Positions 1 to 7,486 of a stretch of DNA of 27,427 nucleotides are shown here, one piece after another; the first letter of the stretch is position 1; each line of letters begins with the position of its first letter. Origin of the DNA: Patescibacteria group bacterium (GTDB lineage: Bacteria > Patescibacteriota > Minisyncoccia > Phycocordibacterales > UBA12079); the NCBI GenBank assembly GCA_018821685.1, contig JAHJLO010000041.1, forward strand, positions 1 to 27,427, written 5' to 3'. Both the position numbers and the translations under genes were made by a program. The notes below the pieces were generated by a model. That model saw nothing but the letters and a program-made list of their open reading frames with translations, searched no databases and was not told the origin of the DNA.

Positions 1-1069
1 CTTCATCTAAAGATAAATAAAACGACTTCCATTCGCTAAGTGAAAAATCGATTTCTTTAGATCTATTATATAAAGCTATAAATAGTAGCTTTGCTTTTGA
101 CGCATCTATAACTTGGTTATATGGACCAAGACTGTAATCTTGGTTTTCTATTGACGCTTTCAAGATTTCTGAAATGGTATTAGAGTTAAAATCTTTTATA
201 TAAGGGAGGATTTTGATTATAATTTTATCTGTATTACCCCAAGAGTTACTTATTCTAAGTCTTTCAGCAATGATTGATTGAATTTTTTCAAGAATTTCTT
301 TTTCCTTTAATTCAATCTCAATTTTTTCTACACTCTTTTTATCTTTTTCGGAAATTTTAGGCAAGTCTTTTAAGTCATTTGACCAAATTAAATAACCATT
401 AAATTTTAATTTAAATTCATTAACTAGAAATGGATTCAATATATGTTTTGATTCGTTAGTTTTTATACACCAATCAGAGTTATTTTTAGTAAACAAAAAT
501 AACTTTGGTCTTCTAATATTGCTTTCGTTAAAATAATTCAATACGGATTCCCAAATATAACGATCACAGGATTTATCTTCGCCACCATTTTTGTCTAGTG
601 GTGGATTACCTTTGATTTTTCTCAAAGTTACAGCTTCTACTATCTTTATATTATCAGGTATTAAAATTGATATTTCTAATAATGAATTAATTACATTTTC
701 CGCCTTAGGTGACGTCATTGTTTTATAAGATTTTAAATCTTCTTTTTTTAATTTATCAATTTTTGTATTTATCTGCTTTTTTAATTTAGATGTGTTTGAA
801 AGATCCTTAATTTCATCTTTTTCAATACACAGCACAATAGCTTCTAACGTTTTAATAAGATTTGTGTTTTTGTATTTTGCCCAACTAGAATAACGATTTC
901 TATTAATTTCATCGACGATTTGTTGAGGTATCAAAAAGTGATACCCTGCTAAATGTATTTTCTTAAATATAGGTAAAATTGTTTTTTCAAAATCGTCGTC
1001 AACAAAAAAACCATGATACATGTTCGTATCTAATAAGATATATTCTTTTTTATTTTTTGTTTTAGGCAT
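1..1069 (-). CDS. PIN-domain protein (DUF4935/PIN_8-like); 3' end runs off the window
   Basis: Not in the ORF track. I translated the start (ATG 1069, MPKTKNKKEYILLDTNMYHG), an internal stretch (RKIKGNPPLDKNGGEDKSCDRYIWESVL, FTKNNSDW) and the last ~40 codons, which are in the same frame and open to the edge. The DTN, D..IW.S and N..D motifs are typical of PIN-fold nucleases. It starts 5 nt after the hsdM stop. Confidence 0.75.
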   Translation of the reverse strand, partial: MPKTKNKKEYILLDTNMYHGFFVDDDFEKTILPIFKKIHLAGYHFLIPQQIVDEINRNRYSSWAKYKNTNLIKTLEAIVLCIEKDEIKDLSNTSKLKKQINTKIDKLKKEDLKSYKTMTSPKAENVINSLLEISILIPDNIKIVEAVTLRKIKGNPPLDKNGGEDKSCDRYIWESVLNYFNESNIRRPKLFLFTKNNSDWCIKTNESKHILNPFLVNEFKLKFNGYLIWSNDLKDLPKISEKDKKSVEKIEIELKEKEILEKIQSIIAERLRISNSWGNTDKIIIKILPYIKDFNSNTISEILKASIENQDYSLGPYNQVIDASKAKLLFIALYNRSKEIDFSLSEWKSFYLSLDE

Positions 1070-1074
1070 AAAAT

Positions 1075-2874
1075 TTAAAATCCAAGTTCTTTAAGATTGT
1101 TTTCAATCTGCTTTTCTAAATCTCGGCCACTTTTAAAAGCTTCTTTTAATTTATCAGAAAGCTTTTCCATTTTTTCTTCAAATGGAATCCCGTCATCTTC
1201 TTCTTCAGATAAACCAATATATCTTTGAGGTGTAAGCACAAAGCCTTTTTTATCAATTTCTTCTAAGTTTGCTGATTTACAAAATCCGGAGATATCTTTA
1301 TATTCACCAGTTCCTTTTTCACCTCTCCAAGATCTAACTATTCCTGAAATTTTATCAATATGTTCATCCGTAAATACAACTTGTTTTCTAGATATCTGTT
1401 CAAATAGATCTCTTGCATCGATAAATAAAGTTTCTCCCTTTCTATTTCTAAATCTGTCACCCTCTTTGTTTTTTGCAATAAACCAGAGAGAAACAGGTAA
1501 TCCTACGTTATAGAAAAGTTTTGATGGACACGAAATAATCACATCAACCAAATCTTGTTCGATAAGGTTTTTACGAAGTTCTCCTTCTTTTCCAGATACA
1601 CCTAGTGCCCCATTTGCCATAACGAAGCCAGCATAACCATTTGGTGCTAGATGATGAATAAAATGCTGAATCCAAGTAAAGTTAGCGTTACTGCTTGGTG
1701 CAGTTCCAAGTATCATTCGCGGATCATTGTCAGACAGTTTTGAAGGTTCCCAGTCAGCATTAAAAGGAGGGTTTGCTAAAACAAAATCCGCTTTAAGGTT
1801 TGGAAATTTATCTTGATAATATGTGTTTCCTAATTCAATTTTCCCTGACAATCCTCTAATAGCCATATTCATCTTGCAAAGTCTTAGTGTTGTCGTATTA
1901 CTTTCTTGCCCACTTATTGCAAGTTTTGACGGGTCCATTCCGTGGTCATCTAAATATTGACCCATAGATACAAACATTCCTCCACTACCACAAGCAGGAT
2001 CTAGTACTCGAGCATTTTCATAAGGCTCGAGAACTTCTACCAAAACTTTAACTAATGAACGTGGACTAAAAAATTCGCCTCCACGTTTACCTTCCGAAGA
2101 AGCAAACTGCCCAAGGAAATATTCATATATTCTTCCAAGAATATCTTTTTCTTTATCAAAATCATGATCAAAAGTTATGCGAGAGAAAATATTGATTAAT
2201 TCTCCGATAACAGAACTGTCGAGATGGGTTTTTGTGTAAATCTTTGGAAGAACTCCTTCAAGTTGTGCAAGGTTTTCTTTTTCAATAAGATCCATTGCAG
2301 TATCAAGCACCTTACCAACATCAGAAGACATTATCTTTGTTTGTAAATATTCCCAACGAGATTTTTCTGGTACATAAAATACCCCTATACTTGTATAAAA
2401 ATCTTTAGTATCTAAAATCTGTTTCCTGGCTTCTTCGTTTTCTACGTAATAATCGCTATTTTTTTTGTCACGAGTAAGCGATTCTAGTTCTTCACGCCTT
2501 TTATAAAAAGCATCAGATATGTATTTCAGAAAGAGTAAACCTAAAACAATATGTTTGTATTCTGAAACATCAATATTACCTCGTAGTTTATCCGCCGCTT
2601 CCCATAAATCTTTTTCAAAATCTAAGTCGTGTCTATGGTCTTTGTTTTTCTTTAAAACAGATTTTGTAGCCTTCTTTTGTTCTTTTTTAATTCTTTCCTG
2701 AACTTCTTTAGAGAGATTTTTTACAGGTATTAAAAAGGAAGCTTTTGAGGATACGCTTATATCATCTGCTTTTATTTCTCCTTTCTTTATTTTTTGATGT
2801 ACCGCAACACGAGAAATACCAAGTACTTTTGCTAGTTGGGTAGGGGTAATGAATTGTGATTTATCTATTGACAT
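1075..2874 (-). CDS. hsdM: Type I restriction-modification methyltransferase subunit with an extra N-terminal helix-turn-helix domain
   Basis: HsdM_N (LWEAADKLRG), GEFFSPR, motif I DPACGSGGM and motif IV NPPF are present. The first ~55 aa (ITPTQLAKVLGISRVAVHQKIKKGEIKA) look like an excisionase/MerR-type HTH. Start moved to ATG 2874 (MSIDKSQ) because the track's upstream extension runs through the promoter. Confidence 0.93.
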   Translation of the reverse strand: MSIDKSQFITPTQLAKVLGISRVAVHQKIKKGEIKADDISVSSKASFLIPVKNLSKEVQERIKKEQKKATKSVLKKNKDHRHDLDFEKDLWEAADKLRGNIDVSEYKHIVLGLLFLKYISDAFYKRREELESLTRDKKNSDYYVENEEARKQILDTKDFYTSIGVFYVPEKSRWEYLQTKIMSSDVGKVLDTAMDLIEKENLAQLEGVLPKIYTKTHLDSSVIGELINIFSRITFDHDFDKEKDILGRIYEYFLGQFASSEGKRGGEFFSPRSLVKVLVEVLEPYENARVLDPACGSGGMFVSMGQYLDDHGMDPSKLAISGQESNTTTLRLCKMNMAIRGLSGKIELGNTYYQDKFPNLKADFVLANPPFNADWEPSKLSDNDPRMILGTAPSSNANFTWIQHFIHHLAPNGYAGFVMANGALGVSGKEGELRKNLIEQDLVDVIISCPSKLFYNVGLPVSLWFIAKNKEGDRFRNRKGETLFIDARDLFEQISRKQVVFTDEHIDKISGIVRSWRGEKGTGEYKDISGFCKSANLEEIDKKGFVLTPQRYIGLSEEEDDGIPFEEKMEKLSDKLKEAFKSGRDLEKQIENNLKELGF

Positions 2875-2887
2875 ATATATATATAAG

Positions 2888-2944
2888 TTAACATGTGTAA
2901 AGCATAGCATGGTGTTAAAAATAATGCAACTTAACACATGTAAA
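2888..2944 (-). promoter_or_regulatory. Sigma70 promoter of hsdM flanked by two 14-bp pseudo-palindromic operator-like boxes
   Basis: Minus strand: -35 TTGCAT (2929-2924), 17-bp spacer, extended -10 TGcTATGCT (-10 at 2906-2901). Boxes TTTACA-TG-TGTTAA (2944-2931) and TTTACA-CA-TGTTAA (2901-2888). Confidence 0.65.
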
Positions 2945-4253
2945 CCTCTTTGTTTTTTAATTCCATTCTACCCGTTAAGCAATTCAGTAATTCTCGTTTC
3001 TCTTGGTCCTCGCCTTCTTTGAGAATAAATTTTATATAATTTCTTATATCTATCTCGTTTACCTCAATTTTGTCACACTTCCCCTTAACCATACTTTGGA
3101 ATTTTTTAAATCTTTTTACTTCTGACTTAATTTTGTTTTCTATTGCAGTTTTTTTGAAATCTAATTTATCTGTTATGTTTTGTAGTTTTTTAATTAAATC
3201 AGTTTCGTTGATATAACCACATTTACAATATTTATCTTTCGCTTTCGTACAACCGTAATAAACATGCCTGTTAAAATCTCCATTCTTTAGTTTTTTAAAC
3301 TTTTCCATAGCTGATATTCCAGACCCACATAATCCACATTTCATGATTTTGGTAAATGCAAATTCAATATTTTCCTTACGAACCAATTGAGAATTTTTTA
3401 CTTGATCCTGTACTAAATCAAAAAGTTCTTTGGTGATAATTGGCTTATGTTTTCCCTGGTACCAGTTACCGCTACCTCGTGGGTATTCAAATGTTCCGTA
3501 ATAAAATGGATTCTCTAACATCCGATAAATATTACCTAGACTAAAATGTTTCTTTCCTGCTTCTGTTCTAAAATTTAAATCAAATCTAAGCCAATGATAA
3601 AGTTTTCTTCCAGACCATTTTTCATATGCTACTTTTTCAAATATTTGTTTTATAACAGGCGCTCTTTCTTCATCAATGATACATTCACATTTTCGATCCA
3701 TTCTTTTTTCTTTAAAATATCCAGTCGGTGGACAAGTCGGCCATAATCCCATTTCACATCTCGTCCTTAATCCTCGTTTTACATTTATTCCTCTATTATC
3801 ATTCTCGAGTTTAGCTTGGGAACAAAGAATCATTAATAAGAATTTTTCGTTTGGAGAATTAGAAAAAGTTTGTCCATAGGTACGAATACTTACAAGTTTT
3901 CTCGCATCCATTAAATCAACAACCGAACCAAGGTCTCCTGCATTTCTAGATAATCTATCAGGAGCCCATGTAAGAATCGCATTGAATCGGTCATTCGATA
4001 CATCTTTTAATAACTCTTTAAAGACAGGTCTATTATTTGAGTCTTTAGCTGATTTTGATTCTCTTCTTATATCTATAATTTCAAGTCCTTCTCTTTCGGC
4101 TATCTGCAACATTTCCTTTACCTGAGAATCAATCGATAAAGCTTGTCGTTCATCTGATTCAGTACTTTTTCTAGCATATAAGCAATACTTTAATTTAATA
4201 TCTGGAATTACTGCGGATTTAGTTTGTTGTGACAATAATGTATTCGTTTCCAT
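2931..4253 (-). CDS. Large serine recombinase (resolvase + recombinase + Zn-ribbon domains)
   Basis: YARKS catalytic motif, TWAPDRLSR, recombinase domain (P.GY, GWY.GKH.PII..ELF) and Zn ribbon CGLCG..YYGC..C. Short C-terminus, 440 aa in total. Confidence 0.92.
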   Translation of the reverse strand: METNTLLSQQTKSAVIPDIKLKYCLYARKSTESDERQALSIDSQVKEMLQIAEREGLEIIDIRRESKSAKDSNNRPVFKELLKDVSNDRFNAILTWAPDRLSRNAGDLGSVVDLMDARKLVSIRTYGQTFSNSPNEKFLLMILCSQAKLENDNRGINVKRGLRTRCEMGLWPTCPPTGYFKEKRMDRKCECIIDEERAPVIKQIFEKVAYEKWSGRKLYHWLRFDLNFRTEAGKKHFSLGNIYRMLENPFYYGTFEYPRGSGNWYQGKHKPIITKELFDLVQDQVKNSQLVRKENIEFAFTKIMKCGLCGSGISAMEKFKKLKNGDFNRHVYYGCTKAKDKYCKCGYINETDLIKKLQNITDKLDFKKTAIENKIKSEVKRFKKFQSMVKGKCDKIEVNEIDIRNYIKFILKEGEDQEKRELLNCLTGRMELKNKEVYMC

Positions 4254-4380
4254 ATATATATTAATGACAGAGAAAGAGACCTTTGCTAAGCGATTTGTTG
4301 TTGGTAATAAATTAGATAAAAACTTAATAAAATAATGAATTGTCTTATTTTTAAATAAAATATGATATTATTAAGTGATC

Positions 4381-4731
4381 ATGAAAGACATTAAAAAAAT
4401 CACAACCTCTTTTACAGTCAGTTTTTTAGTTCTAATAACTTTTTCTTTTTTAGGATTGGTTTTTCTAGTGAACTTTGGTGGTGCAAATTTAAATGAATCC
4501 AAATTTTTTGCGGTTGTATTTTTACCAACTCTCTTTTTATATTCACTAATATATTCTTTAGCTGAATTAATTCACACCCACACAATTAAATACACATTAT
4601 TTTTTACATCTATTTTATCTCTATGCTCATTAATATCAATGTATTTTCATTTTTGGTTGTTTCATTGGTTTTTAATCTTTTTAATTATTCACTATTTAAT
4701 TTCAATATTAAAATCAAAAAAAGACCTTTAG
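4381..4731 (+). CDS. Hypothetical integral membrane protein (about 4 TM helices)
   Basis: Hydrophobic 116-118 aa ORF; ATG at 4381 follows an AT-rich -10-like region. Confidence 0.6.
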   Translation: MKDIKKITTSFTVSFLVLITFSFLGLVFLVNFGGANLNESKFFAVVFLPTLFLYSLIYSLAELIHTHTIKYTLFFTSILSLCSLISMYFHFWLFHWFLIFLIIHYLISILKSKKDL

Positions 4732-4829
4732 AAAAAACTAAAGGCCTTTTTATAGTCATTTAATTGCTTTTGTAAATAATTGATTGAAAAGCTGTGCCAA
4801 TTTCTCCTTTTGGGATTTTAAATAATGCC

Positions 4830-5069
4830 TCAACTCCTCATCAGTGCAGAAATTCCAATTATAATAAAAACAAGAGGTGTAAGAACTAAAATCATCCCGA
4901 TATAAGATTCTGTAAATAAAAACAAAATATTTGCTATCCGCATACTCATAACAATTAAAGCCGATACTCCTGATAAAATAAATATTCTACCAGCAATACG
5001 AGGACTGTTTTTGATAAAGGAAAAGGGGTCAGTCACCTTTTCTATCAAACAAACCCTAAAAACCCTCAA
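4830..5069 (-). CDS. Small 2-TM membrane ORF, possibly a truncated remnant
   Basis: The C-terminal ~60 aa are two hydrophobic helices, but the 5' end reads through the 24-bp repeat at 5018-5041 and has no clear start signal. Confidence 0.3.
   Translation of the reverse strand: MRVFRVCLIEKVTDPFSFIKNSPRIAGRIFILSGVSALIVMSMRIANILFLFTESYIGMILVLTPLVFIIIGISALMRS
5018..5041. repeat. 24-bp direct repeat, copy 1 (AGGAAAAGGGGTCAGTCACCTTTT)
   Basis: Identical to 7316-7339; internal dyad AAAAGG-N9-CCTTTT. Confidence 0.9.
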
Positions 5070-5177
5070 ACGCCCCCCTCTTTGAACTGTACTCCAAAAA
5101 GTGCTAGAGACTTTTTTTTACAAAAAATCTTTATCCCAAAATTAAAAAACACTTGGAGTTATGGTATAATTCGGTTT

Positions 5178-5768
5178 ATGAAAAATAAAATTATTTTAAG
5201 CTCAATTGTTATTCTAGGAATTATTCTTAGTGGTTTTTATTTATCTTCAAAAACCAAGAATCAAAGCGTTGATACAGGTGAAACCGCTACAATAACAGAA
5301 CAAACATTATTAGATACATCAGATTGGGAAACTTGCAGGAACGAAGAATACGGATATGAGTTTAAATATCCGAAAAATTGGTATATGTATCAATTCATTT
5401 CAGGTTCTGAAAGCGGGGTTGCTAAAGACATTTCTACTTGTCGAGGAGATCGTGTCGTAATTTCTAAAAATCCTAGCGTAAGAAATGGGTGGTATCCCCC
5501 AACAATTTCTGTTTTGAATACAAACTATTCATCTCCAGAAGAATATTTAAACAATATTAGTACAGAAATTATGCCAGTTAATGTAATAAAAGAATATTTG
5601 ATTAATGATCTTGAAATAACGTTATACGAGAGACAAGGTTTATCTCAAATCTTAATAACCGACGGAGACAAGTTAGTTGATGTTAAAATAAACGCTGGTA
5701 AAGATAATGAAAGTTATCAAAAAGAACTTGAAAATACCATTATATCAAACTTCAAATTTATAAAATAA
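5178..5768 (+). CDS. Secreted/membrane-anchored PsbP-like protein of the CPR type
   Basis: N-terminal TM/signal helix and DTSDWETCRNEEYGYEFKYPKNW motif. Start reassigned to ATG 5178, 7 nt after TGgTATAAT (5162-5170). Confidence 0.7.
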   Translation: MKNKIILSSIVILGIILSGFYLSSKTKNQSVDTGETATITEQTLLDTSDWETCRNEEYGYEFKYPKNWYMYQFISGSESGVAKDISTCRGDRVVISKNPSVRNGWYPPTISVLNTNYSSPEEYLNNISTEIMPVNVIKEYLINDLEITLYERQGLSQILITDGDKLVDVKINAGKDNESYQKELENTIISNFKFIK

Positions 5769-5772
5769 AAAG

Positions 5773-5798
5773 AAACCCTTGCTGAGAAGCAAGGGTTT
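5773..5798. terminator. Bidirectional intrinsic terminator
   Basis: AAACCCTTGCT-gaga-AGCAAGGGTTT, 11-bp stem between convergent genes. Confidence 0.8.
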
Positions 5799-5836
5799 TT
5801 AAATTAATTAGTGTTTCGTAATAGTAAAACTCACTA

Positions 5837-7057
5837 CTACTGACAAAAGTCCCAAAGACAAACATTGTCATTTCCGCTAACTTGAAGTGGATCGGTCCCG
5901 TATTCACCTTGCCATCCATAAGGATCAACGCGCTGGCCATTCTTTTTCACCGTGAAGTGAAGGTGGTCACTCGTTTTGCCGATTAAGCTAGTACCTTTCG
6001 TAACATAATCATTAGTGGAGACATAGATCTGACTCAAATGAAGATAGTAGGTAACAAATCCATTACCGTGATCTATGTTCACCTGATTATAAGGGTTAGG
6101 GCTGGGAACAGTAACAGTCCCCGAAGCAGCAGCATAGACATTTGTATTAGCAATGGGGTAATCGTATCCAGTGTGACCATCATAGAAGAGATAGTAGCCG
6201 TCCTCATTTCCAGAACTGGTGTCATACTGATTATTGATGCTAAAGACTGTACCAGGATTGCCATTCTTGTAGCCATACAAGATATCGTTTACACAAGACA
6301 GGGATTCTCCGTATACATACCAATTGGAATGGTCGTATTGAGAAGATCCTCTTTCATTCGTATAAGCAACAACAAGCCCGTCAGCACATCCACCTCCTGT
6401 GGTCATGGAATGATCCAAGACAGCACTGATTGGCGCATTATAAGGAGTATAACCCGAAAGAGGAAAACCCAAATTCGCCCCATCATAAGTCACAACCAGC
6501 TTCGGCCTGTACCGATAATCACTGTAATCAGAACTTCTGAATACATTGAACTGGTTGTTGTTATCTGTCGCCAAGAAAGCAAAACCATAATTTGCATAGG
6601 TTCCGGCTTTCCACCAATTATAAGCGGTGGTTATATTGAGAATACCATACCAGGAATTAGGTGTTGGTGCAGGGAGAACTCCAAGATAACCCCCAGAAAG
6701 AGGGTCATAATAATCTTGAGTTTGTTCATCCCAACTACTCATTAAAAAATACCAAATCATTGAAACAGGCGTAGAAGAATCACCACGATCATAGGCATAC
6801 ATGTACATATCTACCGAGGTTGCTACTGGAGGTAAATCAGTAAGATCAAACTGGATAAGAGTTCTGTACCAATCTCCCCAGCCACCTACTTGCAGTTTAT
6901 CGTCATCAACAGCAGTATTGTTATACACAGAAGAAAGCCACATATCTTTTCCTTGAACAGATCCTGGTTGAAAAACAACCTGATCCGCATAAACCGAAGA
7001 ATTCCCCAACAACACCATAGACAAACAACAAGCAGTAAATATGGACTTTTTCATCAC
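5837..7057 (-). CDS. Secreted DNRLRE-like beta-sandwich domain fused to an M23 family peptidase
   Basis: Signal peptide; N-domain QPG..GKD..L..LQVG..RTLIQFDL..F.SSD..RPKLVVTY; C-terminal M23 zinc motifs HTGYD (HxxxD), HGNG..T.Y.HL and HLH; SD AAGGAG upstream. Confidence 0.8.
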   Translation of the reverse strand: MMKKSIFTACCLSMVLLGNSSVYADQVVFQPGSVQGKDMWLSSVYNNTAVDDDKLQVGGWGDWYRTLIQFDLTDLPPVATSVDMYMYAYDRGDSSTPVSMIWYFLMSSWDEQTQDYYDPLSGGYLGVLPAPTPNSWYGILNITTAYNWWKAGTYANYGFAFLATDNNNQFNVFRSSDYSDYRYRPKLVVTYDGANLGFPLSGYTPYNAPISAVLDHSMTTGGGCADGLVVAYTNERGSSQYDHSNWYVYGESLSCVNDILYGYKNGNPGTVFSINNQYDTSSGNEDGYYLFYDGHTGYDYPIANTNVYAAASGTVTVPSPNPYNQVNIDHGNGFVTYYLHLSQIYVSTNDYVTKGTSLIGKTSDHLHFTVKKNGQRVDPYGWQGEYGTDPLQVSGNDNVCLWDFCQ

Positions 7058-7278
7058 GAACTCCTTTTTCTTGTTTTTTTGAGTTTAACCTCAGTTGATA
7101 AGAAATTTTATAATTTCTTATTTTGTTCCATTTTTCACCTTTTGTATTAACACCTCCTTTATGTTTTTAAAAGTTTTATAAAAAAAAGAAAAGCCAAATA
7201 TTTTGGCAGATTTAATTAGGAACTTTTTACCCGTCCGTATGGATTAGGGTCGATTTTTTAAGAACAAATCTGAATAGT

Positions 7279-7308
7279 ATTCTACACTATGGGGGGGCTA
7301 CTTTGCAA
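7279..7308 (-). promoter_or_regulatory. Putative sigma70 promoter with a G7/C7 tract in an 18-bp spacer
   Basis: TTGCAA (7308-7303), 18-nt spacer containing C7 (7297-7291), TAGAAT (7284-7279). Confidence 0.5.
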
Positions 7309-7315
7309 ATTTTTG

Positions 7316-7339
7316 AGGAAAAGGGGTCAGTCACCTTTT
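7316..7339. repeat. 24-bp direct repeat, copy 2
   Basis: Identical to 5018-5041. Confidence 0.9.
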
Positions 7340-7354
7340 TAATCACACCCCCCC

Positions 7355-7389
7355 CCAACGCCCCACCCTCTTAGAGGGTGGGGCGTTGG
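7355..7389. repeat. Perfect 16-bp GC-rich inverted repeat (3-nt loop)
   Basis: CCAACGCCCCACCCTC-TTA-GAGGGTGGGGCGTTGG. Confidence 0.9.
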
Positions 7390-7486
7390 TATAAAATAAG
7401 ATAAAAATACTAAACATCTCCTCTCAATCGCATATTTTTTTAAACCCTACTTTATAATTCCTTTCACATAATTTATACTTAATCCC

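Noticed and set aside
2875-2937. Track's longer N-terminus for hsdM, and likewise for 5082, 16018, 17521 and 24704
   Set aside because: The extensions run through promoter elements and use poor start codons; downstream ATGs fit the promoter or SD spacing.
2519-3879. ORFs 2519-2701 and 3676-3879
   Set aside because: Short antisense shadows of hsdM and the recombinase.
6038-6745. 235-aa plus-strand ORF (also 5758-5940, 6079-6276 and 6890-7150)
   Set aside because: Antisense or alternate-frame shadows of the well-supported DNRLRE-M23 gene, with no motifs or start signals.
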